Assembly (NCBI GenBank): GCA_032718475.1
Contig: JAUCBJ010000586.1
Coordinates: 43,857 to 107,856 of the forward strand
Source: Nemertoderma westbladi
Lineage: Eukaryota > Animalia > Xenacoelomorpha
DNA length: 64,000 bases
Direction of reading: 5' to 3'
Shown piece by piece: positions 38,844 to 51,249 of this stretch. Made by a program: the position numbers and the translations under genes. The notes beneath the pieces were generated by a model. The model was not told the DNA's origin. It ran no database searches and was given only the letters and a program-made list of their open reading frames with translations. Position 1 is the first letter of the stretch. Each line of letters opens with the position of its first letter.

Positions 38844-39036
38844 TCCAATCCAATCCTATTCAATTTGTTAGTGTATCCTGGTTATCAGCCAGCCTGTGAT
38901 GTGATATTGATTCAATGTGTGTTTTGTTTACTGTTTACTAATTTGATTCACAAATTGCTAGTTTACCGTCCGCGTCAGGTACCGGTACGCGTACGGCAGT
39001 ACGGTGCTTACAAGAAACCTAATGCAGTAATTGGTA

Positions 39037-40222
39037 ATGGCGACTGCAGTATCCTCAGGAGTCCCCTCTGACGCCGTCCGTAACTCGTTGCTCAAACAGG
39101 TGGACAACGATGATAACGCCGGATCCCGTCTCAACTGGAGCGACCAACTTCTGGACAAACTTCCCAACGAACTGTTTCATTTAGAGGAACTTAAATTACT
39201 AATATTAACTCGAAACCGGTTGTCATTAATACCAGGAGAGCTACCCAACTCACTTCCCAATCTAATCCACATCAACTTATCACACAACGCATTTCATAAA
39301 TTCCCAATTTGCCTAACTTCTTCTATAAACCTACAAATTCTACACCTTTCTCACAACCGTATCGCGGACCTCCCACCGGAACTGGGAAAGCTGTCGCAAC
39401 TTAGACTCTTAAATCTCGATTTTAACAGAATTGAAAAACTACCTGACGAAATAGGTGGCCTTTCTGAGTTAAATGACCTCCGTTTGGGCTGCAATCTGTT
39501 GTTTGAGTTACCCAGCCAATTCTCCTTACTAACTAAATTAAACTTTTTGTATCTCGATTCAAACTCTTTCCGTTACTTCCCACTTCCTATTCTAGAAGCT
39601 GAAAATCTAAAAGTTTTATATTTAAGCCACAATAAACTAGTTCATTTACCAACAACTGTAAACACTTTATCCAGATTAAAAGAATTCCGTTTAAACAGCA
39701 ATAAACTATATAAACTTCCTCAAACTTTGTGCGAGATGAGCGAATTAACAATGCTATCCCTCGATAACAATCGAATATCGACGCTGCCTATTGGTTTTGG
39801 TAGTTTAACTTCTTTACAGGAATTTTCCGCGTTTAATAACCCGTTAATTCAGCCTCCTTTAGAGGTTTGCCAAGCCGGAATCTCGGCAGTTTCAAAGTAT
39901 CAGGAATTATTACTAGCGGAATCACAAACGGTTCCATCGCGTCTTAAAGTCATCGTTTTAGGCCGAAGTAACTCGGGTAAATCGAGTTTAATCTCCGGGT
40001 TAACTCGGCCGTCCGGCGCGCAGAAACCCCCGTCGCCGAGTAAAAGTCGTGGAGTTAAAATAACAAACTTCGCTCTACAATCTAGCGAGTTCGTATTCTA
40101 TGATTGCGGCGGGGACGAGACCTACTATTTGTTACACAATATGTTTCTAACCGAAGGAGCTTTGTACCTAATCTGCGTCAACGTTGAGGAATATAACGCT
40201 GATTCTTTCGACGTCGCTATAG
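39037..40222 (+). CDS. MFHAS1-like Roco protein exon 1 (LRRs + N-terminal half of the Roc GTPase)
   Basis: About ten LxxLxLxxNxL repeats, NNPLIQPPLEVCQAG, P-loop GRSNSGKSS, DCGGDETY; donor ATAG|GTACGT. Confidence 0.9.
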
Positions 40223-40805
40223 GTACGTTAATACCGTTAATAGAAGCCATCTGGTTACTTGAGTTGTACATTCGTACAAGAAGTAGGAATATCCGAATTG
40301 GTCAATATCCGTCGTCCGGTCGGATATTTTTATTTTATGTCATTATTTTCACAGATAGGTGGAGGAGACTGGACAGGACAGCTGGACGCAATAAAAATTC
40401 ATCCCTCTCCAGGTTTCCAGGGGGAATTCGACGCAAATAACAACTGATTACTCTCAAAAATAAAACTAACCCGTTCTCTTGTGTTTAGTTTATTGTTTTG
40501 GTTAAAATAACGTGCCACTGTAACCTGCTCCTCTCCCTAAATTGATAATTTAAGATTGAGGCGGGATATTAATTCGCCAAGATGGGATTTGCATTAGCGT
40601 CCAGTTTTACCCCCCCCCCCCCCCCCCCTGTCTCTATTTTCAAGATACAAATTGCCTCGAAGATAAGAAGTATTTTTACTTTTTTTAACAGAAAGTTGCC
40701 AACCAGATTTCCCACCTGATGTACCAGATTTCTGAACATTATTAATTATAGAAATAATATAATATTTATGTAACTAATGAACTAAGTAGGATAAAAAAAG
40801 CAAAC

Positions 40806-41016
40806 AGTCGGCCGAAGCCGGAGGCGACCCGAAGGCTCCTCTTTCGATAGCTGCTACCCGAGGGAAGGGGTGGGCGCTACTCCTATCCCAAGATTTGCTC
40901 CCTTTTTATACTCATTTTATCGACCCCCCAGTGGATGAAAGGCTGAGTGGATCCTGGCGGGGCTGAACCTACAACCAATAGATTGCAGGCCCGGCGCTCA
41001 ACCAACTGAGCTACCC
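40806..41016 (-). mobile_element. tRNA-derived SINE with a Nin/Deu-like central domain and a LINE-like tail
   Basis: Minus strand: gggtagctcagttggttgagcg (A box), ggttcagcccc (B-box-like), then ccactcagcctttcatcc..ggtcgataaaatgagta. Confidence 0.75.
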
Positions 41017-41079
41017 TAAGTAGGCCTATTAATGATAATTATATTATACTATAATTAAATAAGATTCCAGTCAACGTAA

Positions 41080-42346
41080 CTAGAAAGGCATTTCCTAAAG
41101 GAAATGCAACCACGAAGCTAAGGAAAATTAAACAAACGGCCACAATTTGGTTCGTTGCTTAGCCTAGTTTAGTAGCATTTGCCAATAAATAACTTCTATT
41201 CCCATGGAAACTAGAGTTCTCTGGAACAGTTGGTTTTACATTTGAAAAAAGATTCAGTCCAGATTGTTTTTCAGATAACACATCGAGTTTCAGAAAATAT
41301 TGTAGTTTATGTCCAAATTACAGATTTTCTATCAAAATGCATCTGTTTGCAGTGGTTGTCATGGAAACTGAAAAATAGAACAATGTAATTCGGATGCAGA
41401 ATAAGTCATATAGTGGGGGTAGGTGTTGGTCCCAAGTCATAATACTATTAAATTGTGCTTCAAATTATCATTTTATTAATTTTAACATCTGTTTACTCTT
41501 GTTGCTATGGTAAATGGATTTTCTAATTAACTTCGAACGGCTTGTATATGGACCTTATAGATGAGTTGCAAAACCCCAAGTTTATATATATTACAGTTTT
41601 TCTCCAAATAGAGTTATGATTATAGACTTGAATGATATATAACTTTAAAAAAACTACAGTTACCATGGTAACTAGATATTTCTGGAATGTTTTGAGTTTC
41701 ACTAAAAGTTCCAACTAGTGGTCCAGATAACACATACCTAGTTTCGTAAAATTTTATCGTGAAGTCTATGTACAAATGAATAATTTTCGTATAAAAACAT
41801 CTGTTTTCAGCGGTTGTCAAGGTAACTGCAAAATAGAACAATCAAATTCGGACGCAGAATAAGTTATATAGTGGGGGTAGGGATTGGTCCCAAGTCATCA
41901 CACCTTAACCTTAGGCTTCAAATTAACATTTTAAAAATTTTAACATCTGTTTAGCCCGGTTGCCAAGGTAACTGGATTTTCTATTTAACCTCAATCGGCT
42001 CTGCTATGGACCTTATAGTTGTGTTGAGAAACCCCAAGTTTATATGTATTATAGTTTTCCTACAAATAGAGTTACAAATATTGACTTGAAATACATAGAC
42101 TTTTTTCTAAGTCCGTTGCCATGGAAACCAGATTTTTCCTGGAGATGAGACCCATCCCACACGACGCGCCTTGATGAGTTGTATATACATGCAAAATTTC
42201 AGGGTACTTTTAAAGGCTAGTTTTTTCCCCGACCAAAAAACCCCAAATCTGCCCCATACAAGTAAAATAGCCCACTATGAATAGACCATCTCAGCTAAGG
42301 AAAATCTTTCTTAGCGAAAGTAGTTGATTTTCCTTAGCTTCGTGGA
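41080..42346 (-). mobile_element. Non-autonomous Helitron copy 1 (1267 bp)
   Basis: Minus strand begins TC and ends CTAG, preceded by the hairpin gcatttcc-ttta-ggaaatgc; inserted between A and T; subterminal inverted repeat ccacgaagctaaggaaaat. Confidence 0.88.
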
Positions 42347-42522
42347 TAGTGAGGGTAGGGATTGGTCCCAAGTCGTAATACCTTAATGTTATGCTTCAAA
42401 TAACCATTTTATAAATTTGAACATCTGTTTGGCATGGTTGCCCTGGTAACTGGATTTTCTAATTAACCTCAATCAGCTCGACTATTGTCCTTATCATTGA
42501 GTTGAGAAACCCCAAGTTTATA

Positions 42523-43793
42523 CTAGAAAGGCATTTCCTAAAGGAAATGCAACCACGAAGCTAAGGAAAATTAAACAAACGGCCACAATTTGGTTCGTTG
42601 CTTAGCCTCGTTTAGTAGCATTTGCCAATAAATAACTTATATTCCCATGGAAACTAGAATTCTCTGGAACTGTTGGTTTTACCTTTGAAAAAAGATTCAG
42701 TCCAGATTGTGGTTCAGATGACACATATACCGAGTTTCAGAAATTAATGTAGTTTATGCCCAAATTACCGATTTTCTTTCAAAATGCATCTGTTTGCAGT
42801 GGTTGTCATGGAAACTGAAAAATAGAACAATGTAATTCGGATGCAGAATAAGTCACATAGTGGGGGTAGGTCTTGGTCCCAAGTCATAATACTATTAACT
42901 TGTGTTTAAAATTATCATTTTAGAAATTTTAACATCTGTTTAGTCTTGTTGCTATGGTAATTGGATTGTGTAATTAACCTCGAATGGATTGTATATGGAC
43001 CTTACAGACGAGTTGCAAAACCCCAAATTTATATTTATTACATTATTTTGCTACAAATAGAGTATTGAATTTAGACTTGAATGATATAGACTTTAATAAA
43101 CTCCAGTTACCAAGGTAACTATATATTTCTGGAATGATTTGAGTTTCACTAAAAGTTCCAACTAGTGGTCCAGATAACACATTCCAAGTTTCGTAAAATT
43201 TTATCGCGAAGTCTATGTCCAAATGAGTTATTTTTGTATAAAAACATCTGTTTTCAGCGGTTGTCATGGTAACTGCAAAATTAAACAATGAAATTCGGAC
43301 GCAAAATAAGTCATATAGTGGGGGTAGGGGTTGGTCCCAAGACATAACACCTTAACCTTAGGCTTCAAATTAACATTTTATAAATTTTAACATCTGTTTA
43401 GCCCGGTTGCCAAGGTAACTGGATTTTCTATTTAACCTCAATCGGCTCTGCTATGGACCTTATAGTTGAGTTGAGAAACCCCAAGTTTATATCTATTATA
43501 GTTTTCCTACAAATATAGTTATAAATATTGACTTGAAATACATAGACTTTTTTCTATGTCCGTTGCCATGGAAACCAGATTTTTCCTGGATATGAGACCC
43601 AGCCCACACGATGCGCCTCGACGAGTAGTACATACATGCAAAATTTCAGGGTACTTTTAAAGGCTAGTTTTTTCCGGAATAAAAAAACACTAAATCTGCC
43701 CCATACAAGTAAAATAGCCCACTATGAATAGACCATCTCAGCTAAGGAAAATCTTTCTTAGCGAAAGTAGTTGATTTTCCTTAGCTTCGTGGA
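42523..43793 (-). mobile_element. Non-autonomous Helitron copy 2
   Basis: Same termini and body as copy 1; A|T insertion site. Confidence 0.88.
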
Positions 43794-43825
43794 TTGTAGT
43801 TTATGTCCAAATTACCGATTTTCTA

Positions 43826-45092
43826 CTAGAAAGGCATTTCCTAAAGGAAATGCAACCACGAAGCTAAGGAAAATTAAACAAAGGGCCACAATTTGGTTTG
43901 TTGCTTAGCCTAGTTTAGTAGCATTTGCCAATAAATAACTTCTATTCGTATGGAAACTAGAGTTCTCTGGAACTGTTGGTTTTACCTTTGAAAAAAGATT
44001 CAGTCCAGATTGTGGTTCAGATAACACATACCAAGTTTCAGAAAATATTGTAGTTTATGTCCAAATTACCGATTTTCTATCAAAATGCATCCGTTTGCAG
44101 TGGTTGTCATGGAAACTGAAAAATAGAACAATGTAATTCGGAAGCAGAATAAGTCATATAGTGGGAGTAGGTCTTGGTCCCAAGTCATTATACAATTAAC
44201 TTGTGCTTCAAATTATCATTTTATAAATTTTAACATCTGTTTAGTCTTGTTACTATGGTAACTGGATTGTGTAATTAACCTCGAACGGCTTGTATATGGA
44301 CCTTATAGATGTGTTGCAAAACCCCAAATTTATACATATTACATTATTTTGCTACAAATAAGTATTGAATTTAGATTTGAATGATATAGACTTTAATAAA
44401 CTACAGTTACCATGGTAACTAGGTATTTCTGGAATGTTTGAGTTTCACTAAAAGTTCCAACTAGTGGTCCAGATAATACATACCCAGTTTTGTAAAATTT
44501 CATCGCGAAGTCTATGTCCAAATGAATAATTTTTATATAAAAACATCTGTTTTCAGCGGTTGTCATGGTAACTGCAAAATAGAACAATCAAATTCGGACG
44601 CAGAATAAGTCATATAGTGGGGGTAGGGGTTGGTCCCAAGTCATCACACATTAACCTTAGGCTTCAAATTAACATTTTATAAATTTTAACATCTGTTTAG
44701 CCCGGTTGCCAAGGTAACTGGATTTTCTATTTGACCTCAATCGGCTCTGCTATGGACCTTATAGAGTAGTTGAGAAACCCCCAGTTTATATGTATTATAG
44801 TTTTCCTACAAATAGAGTTACAAATATTGACTTGAAATACATAGACTTTTTTTGAAGTCCGTTGCCATGGAAACCAGATTTTTCCTGGATATGAGACCCA
44901 GCCCAAAAGATGCGCCTCGACGAGTAGTATATACATGCAAAATTTCAGGGTACTTTTAAAGGCTAGTTTTTTCCGGAATCAAAAAAAACCAAATCTGCCT
45001 CACACAAGTAAAATAGCCCACTATGAATAGACCATCTCAGCTAAGGAAAATCTTTCTTAGCGAAAGTAGTTGATTTTCCTTAGCTTCGTGGA
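43826..45092 (-). mobile_element. Non-autonomous Helitron copy 3, nested in the host copy
   Basis: Splits host sequence gattttcta|tcaaaatg at A|T with no TSD. Confidence 0.88.
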
Positions 45093-45211
45093 TCAAAATG
45101 CATCTGTTTGCAGTGGTTGTCTTGGAAACTGAAAAATAGAACAATGTAATTCGGATGCAGAATAAGTCATATAGTGGGGGTAGGGGTTAGTCCCAAGTCA
45201 TAATACTATTA

Positions 45212-46482
45212 CGAGAAAGGCATTTCCTAAAGGAAATGCAACCACGAAGCTAAGGAAAATTAAACAAACGGCCACACTTTGGTTCGTTGCTTAGCCTCGT
45301 TTAGTAGCAATTGTCAATAATTAACTTCTATTCCCATGGAAACTAGAGTTCTCTGGAACTGTTGCTTTAACCTTTGAAAAAAAATTCAGTACAAATTGTG
45401 GTTCAGATAACACATATATATACTGAGTTTCAGAAAATATTGTAGTTTATGTCCAAATTACCGATTTTCTATCAAAATGCATCTGTTTGCAGTGGTTGTC
45501 ATGGAAACTGAAAAATAGAACAATGTAATTCGGATGCAGAATAAGTCATATAGTGGGGGTAGGGGTTAGTCCCAAGTCATAATACTATTAACTTGTGCTT
45601 CAAATTATCATGTTATAAATTTTAACATCTGTTTAGACTTGTTGCTATGGTAACTGTATTTTCTAATTAACCTCAAACGGCTTGGATATGGATCTTATAG
45701 ATGAGTTGCAAAACCCCAAGTTTATATATATTACAGTTTTGCTACAAATAGAGTTATCAATATAGATTTGAATGATATAGAGTTTAATAAACTACAGTTA
45801 CCATGGTAACTAAATTTCTGGAATAATTTAAGTTTCACTAAAAGTTCCAACTAGTGGTCCAGATAACACATTCCCAGTTTTGTAAAATTTTATCGTGAAG
45901 TCTATGTCCAAATGAATAAGTTTTGAATAAAAACATATGTTTTCAGCGGTTGTCATGGTAACTGAAAAATAGAACAATGTAATTCGGATGCAGAATAAGT
46001 TATATAGTGGGGGTAGGGGTTGGTCCCAAGTCATAACACCTTGCCCTTAGGCTTCAAATTAACATTTTATAAATTTTAACATCTGTTTATCCCGGTTGCC
46101 AAGGTAACTGGATTTTCTATTTAGCCTCAATCGGATCTGCTATGGACCTTATAGTTGTGTTGCGAAACCCCAAGTTTATATCTATTATAGTTTTCCTACA
46201 AATAGAGTTATAAATATTGACTTGAAATACATAGACTTTTTTTGAAGTCCGTTGCCATGGAAACCAGATTTTTCCTGGATATGAGACCCGGCCCAAAAGA
46301 TGCGCCTCGTCGAGTAGTATATACATGCAAAATTTCAGGGTACTTTTAAAGGCTAGTTTTTTCGCCTATCAAAAAACCCCAAATCTGCCTCACACAAGTA
46401 AAATAGCCCACTATGAATAGACCATCTCAGCTAAGGAAAATCTTTCTTAGCGAAAGTAGTTGATTTTCCTTAGCTTCGTGGA
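45212..46482 (-). mobile_element. Non-autonomous Helitron copy 4, nested in the host copy
   Basis: Splits host aatactatta|acttgtgc; the terminal ctag is changed to cgag. Confidence 0.85.
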
Positions 46483-46547
46483 ACTTGTGCTTCAAATTAT
46501 CATTTTATAAATTTTAACATCTGTTTAGACTTGTTGCTATGGTAAAA

Positions 46548-47819
46548 CTAGAAAGGCATTTCCTAAAGGAAATGCAACCACGAAGCTAATGAAAATTAAA
46601 CAAACGGCTACAATTTGGTTCGTTGCTTAGCCTAGTTTAGTAGCATTTGCCAATAATTCTCTTCTATTCCCATGGAAAATAAAGTTTTCTGGAACTGTTG
46701 ATTTAATGTTTGAAAAAAGATTTAGTCCAGATTGTGGTTCAGATAACACATATCCCGAGTTTCAGAAAATATTGTAGTTTATGTCCAAATTACCGATTTT
46801 CTATCAAAATGCATCTGTTTTCAGCGGTTGTCATGGTAACTGAAAAATAGAACAATGTAATTTAGATGCAGAATAAGTCATATAATGGGGGTAGGTCTTG
46901 GTCCCAAGTCATAATACTATTAACTTGTGCTTCAAATTATCATTTTATAAATTTTACCATCTGTTTAGTCTTGTTGCTATGGTAACTGGATTGTGTAATT
47001 AACCTCGAACGGCTTGTATATGGACCTTATAAATGTGTTGCAAAACACCAAATTTATATATATTACATTATTTTGCTACAAATGGAGTATTGAATTTAGA
47101 CTTGAATGATATAGACTTTAATAAACTACAGTTACCATGGTAACTAGGTATTTCTGGAATGTTTTTTTGTTTCACTAAAAGTTCCAAATAGTGGTACAGA
47201 TAACACATTCCCAGTTTCGTAAAATCTAATCGCGAAGTCTATGTTCAAATGAGTAATTTTTGTATAAAAACATCTGTTTTCAGCGGTTGTCATGGTAACT
47301 TCAAAATATAACAATCGAATTCGGACGCAGTATAAGTTATATAGTGGGGGTAGGGGTTGGTCCCAAGTCATAACACCTTAACCTTAGGCTTCAAATTAAC
47401 ATTTTATAAATTTTAACATCTGTTTAGCCCGGTTGCCAAGGTAACTAGATTTTCTATTTAACCTCAATTGGCTCTGCTATGGACCTTATAGTTGAGTTGA
47501 GAAACCCCAAGTTTATATCTATTATAGTTTTCCTACAAATAGAGTTATAAATATTGACTTGAAATACATAGACTTTCTTCTAAGTCCGTTGCCATGGAAA
47601 CCAGATTTTTCCTGGATATGAGACCCATCCCACACGATGCGCCTCGACGAGTAGTACATACATGCAAAATTTCAGGGTACTTTTAAAGGCTAGTTTTTTC
47701 GCCTATCAAAAAAAACCAAATCTGCCTCACACAAGTAAAATAGCCCACTATGAATAGACCATCTCAGCTAAGGAAAATCTTTCTTAGCGAAAGTAGTTGA
47801 TTTTCCTTAGCTTCGTGGA
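46548..47819 (-). mobile_element. Non-autonomous Helitron copy 5, nested in the host copy
   Basis: Splits host gctatggtaa|ctgtattttc, with two extra A at the junction. Confidence 0.85.
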
Positions 47820-49015
47820 CTGTATTTTCTAATTAACCTCAAACGGCTTGGATATGGATCTTATAGATGAGTTGCAAAACCCCAAGTTTATATATATTAC
47901 AGTTTTGCTACAAATAGAGTTATCAATATAGATTTGAATGATATAGAGTTTAATAAACTACAGTTACCATGGTAACTAAATTTCTGGAATAATTTAAGTT
48001 TCACTAAAAGTTCCAACTAGTGGTCCAGATAACACATACCCAGTTTTGTAAAATTTTATCGTGAAGTCTATGTCCAAATGAATAAGTTTTGAATAAAAAC
48101 ATCTGTTTTCAGCGGTTGTCATGGTAACTGAAAAATAGAACAATGTAATTCGGATACAGAATAAGTTATATAGTGGGGGTAGGGGTTGGTCCCAAGTCAT
48201 AACACCTTGCCCTTAGGCCTCAAATTAACATTTTATAAATTTTAACATCTGTTTAGCCCGGTTGCCAAGGTAACTGGATTTTATATTTAGCCTCAATCGG
48301 ATCTGCTATGGACCTTATAGTTGTGTTGCGAAACCCCAAGTTTATATCTATTATAGTTTTCCTACAAATAGAGTTATAAATATTGACTTGAAATACATAG
48401 ACTTTTTTTGAAGTCCGTTGCCATGGAAACCAGATTTTTCCTGGATATGAGACCCGGCCCAAAAGATGCGCCTCGTCGAGTAGTATATACATGCAAAATT
48501 TCAGGGTACTTTTAAAGGCTAGTTTTTTCCCCGACCAAAAAAAACCAAATCTGCCTCATACAAGTAAAATAGCCCACTATGAATAGACCATCTCAGCTAA
48601 GGAAAATCTTTCTTAGCGAAAGTAGTTGATTTTCCTTAGCTTCGTGGATTTTAAAAATCGACAAACAAACCTTTTGATATTCAAAATAAACAAACAAACT
48701 CTTCTGCCGTCGTTTAGCAGAGATGTACCGTCGGTACATCGCTAATAGGTAATGTGTTAATAACAACTATAATTATGTATAAGTTGCGTGATAAAGGTAC
48801 CCGAGTCCCGAGTAATGTACCTCTTTTTGGCAGTACTCGACATGTTTACGCTTACTGCTCGAGTGCGAACGAACTAGCGAGTACAATGGAGAAAACGAGT
48901 ACTACAATTTCTGCAAATTTAATGTTTAAATTACCATTATTACTACAATAGTTTTTCACTGTATCGCACTAATACGCGACCTACTGTGTAACATTAAACC
49001 CCTAAATCCCATCAG

Positions 49016-49596
49016 GTTATTGGCTCAACGTAGTCGAGGCCTCCCATCCCGGTGCCGTTGTCGCCATGGTAGCGACGCACGCGGACGCGGTCGGGGTCCG
49101 CGTTGCCGCGAGACGTTGCCGCGAGATCTACGTGGCGACATCCCGTTGGGAGGAGTCGCAATGCCGCGAGATTATCGCGGAAATGGACCTCATCGACTCG
49201 GTGATATCCTCGGCCCACGGGGTCAACGCGTTGCACTCCCTGGCCGGGCTCAGCGCGGACTACCTGAGTCGCAGACGCCGCTACCTAAGGGACCTCCTAG
49301 TGCGGAGACCTCAGTGTCATTGGGTCAACTCAGACAGCCTCCCTACGGTAGACAACTTGAGTCTATCCGGGATGGAGGAACTTAGAACGCTGTTGGTTTC
49401 GTTGTCTAGCAACCTGAGACTGTTCCCTAAGCAACGGACTCTACTGCCGTTGACTTGGTCTAACCTCGAGAATTTATTGGTCAATAGGAGGAAGGTCCCC
49501 GGGTTGGGTATCCCTCTAGCGGAAGTGCGGCATCTCGCTGAGTCTACCGGACTCACTACCGAGGGTCTCCCATTGGCTCTAGCTTACTTCCAGCAA
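49016..49596 (+). CDS. Roco protein exon 2 (Roc C-terminal half, start of COR)
   Basis: Acceptor cccatcAG|. Phase 1 gives GYWLNVVEASHPGAVVAMVATHAD (Roc G4 region) and LPLTW; donor CAA|GTTAGT. Confidence 0.87.
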
Positions 49597-49894
49597 GTTA
49601 GTCGTTACGATAAATATTATAAATGCGTAAATTATTATGACAAATTATAATACGAATATTGAAACTAAATAGGGCAGTAACATAAAAATAAAATTTTATA
49701 AAAATATTTAATAAAACTTAGTCTGACAACGACGGTGTTAGTTAAAGACCTCGTTTGTTTATGTAAACCTCCCTCGCTACGCTCGTACGTTACATAATTA
49801 ATTAATTAATTATGTTTAGGTCATTAGCATAAGGTTGAAAAGTAAAAGTTCTACTTATGTAAATTATAACTCAATACTTCCCGTTCCGTTCCAG

Positions 49895-50244
49895 GTTGGT
49901 ATCATCCAGTTCTACCCCAACGCACCTGTAGACGACATCCGTAGTCTCATCTTCCACGACCCCGGTCGTCTCATCGACGCGCTCTGCGCGGTCTTCCACC
50001 ACCTCCCGGACCACCTCCTCAACGCCAAGGACAACCGCTTCCGGTCCCTGACCCCCTGGCAGTTCGAGGCGGTTCGTGAGGACCTGTTCCAGCGTGGATT
50101 GGTCACCGAGCGGATCCTCTCCGCTCTGATTGGTCAGTCGGCTGGGGTGACCCCTCTCGAGGTCATCCAGCTGTACGAATCCTTCGATATTTGTAGGAAG
50201 ATTCGCGCTGACTTTGGGCAGAGTGGTTCCGAGGCGGTCTACAG
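49895..50244 (+). CDS. Roco protein exon 3 (COR)
   Basis: Acceptor ttccAG|GTT in phase 0; VGIIQFYP...IFHDPGRLIDALCAVF; donor AG|GTAACT in phase 2. Confidence 0.87.
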
Positions 50245-50444
50245 GTAACTATAGTGATGCTAATAATACGTAATTACTTGTGTTAATGTCTTAGTTCAAT
50301 TGATAATTATATTATAATTCAATTAACACATTATTAACAATATGCGGTTCAGTATGTAAATGTAACTAAAGCAAAAACTATGAACTATAAAATCAACCGC
50401 TTCCTCGAAAATAGTGACGTTATTCTGGTACCTGGAACGAAAAC

Positions 50445-51130
50445 CCCAACATTTTTCTAAAATCTTAATGAGATTGCATGAAATTTGAAACCCAGATAGT
50501 TTCACCTCCCGACCACTGACTGGGTGAGCCAGAATTTTTATTGTTGCTTTCATTCTTTAGCTACAAGCGTTTGAATAAAGTGTCTCCGACGATATAGCGC
50601 CAGTCGAACTGGAGTTATTCTCCAACCTTATAGCTGTTTGTTGGTACCAATAGAAAGCTGGTCGTGCAAGGATTCCATTTATATAACACAATCGGAATTT
50701 TATTGAAAAATAGCTGGGATTATATGAGCGTTCAAATTTTGAACATTGTTTTGCACTGCGCGAGACTTTATTATTCTGTTTATTAATAACACCATGTATT
50801 TATTTATTTAATAGAATAATAAAGAACATTTCTAGAACATTTTGTTTATGTATGAATATCCGCATATACTATAGTAATATTATTATTAGCATGGCATTGT
50901 TGCTCGGACACTAGAGTTTATTTGGAATACCTGTAATGTAATCTTTCCACCAGTACCATCGATCGAATCGCTAAGGTTAATATCAATATCGATCGATACA
51001 CTTTTTATAAACGATTAAAGCTGAACATTGAAAGCGAAATATAATTTCCAACTTACCCACGGAGGATGAGTTACATGAAACTATATCTGTTTCAAATTTC
51101 ATGCAATCTGTAGATTTGTTGAAAAAAATT
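50445..51130. mobile_element. MITE-like element with imperfect long TIRs in Roco intron 3
   Basis: agattgcatgaaatttgaaac..gatagtttca (~50472) versus tgaaactatatctgtttcaaatttcatgcaatct (~51077); family relatives at 18030, 55290 and 58605. Confidence 0.7.
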
Positions 51131-51249
51131 TTTTTTTTTTGGAGGGGGGGGTACCTGAATTAGTACACTGGGGCGATACCGGTTCGAACCCGTCACCTCC
51201 CTGTCCTGTCCAACCGTACGTTTTTTTACTTCTTTCCTTCGATTTATAG

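Larger units (their letters stand above)
43794..48648 (-). mobile_element. Interrupted host Helitron copy (pieces 43794-43825, 45093-45211, 46483-46545, 47820-48648)
   Basis: The four pieces join colinearly into a unit lacking ~220 bp at the CTAG end. Confidence 0.85.

Noticed and set aside
40223-40440. C-terminal part of the 469-aa ORF
   Set aside because: Read-through into intron 1; Roc homology resumes in phase at 49016.
40945-41016. tRNA-Cys-like gene on the minus strand
   Set aside because: Imperfect T-loop and stems, and it runs directly into SINE body sequence without a poly-T terminator; treated as a SINE head.
41523-48492. Repeated short minus-strand ORFs (MTWDQPLPP..., MYILLDEAH...)
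   Set aside because: Chance ORFs in non-autonomous Helitron copies; stops and frames differ among copies; no Rep or helicase motifs.
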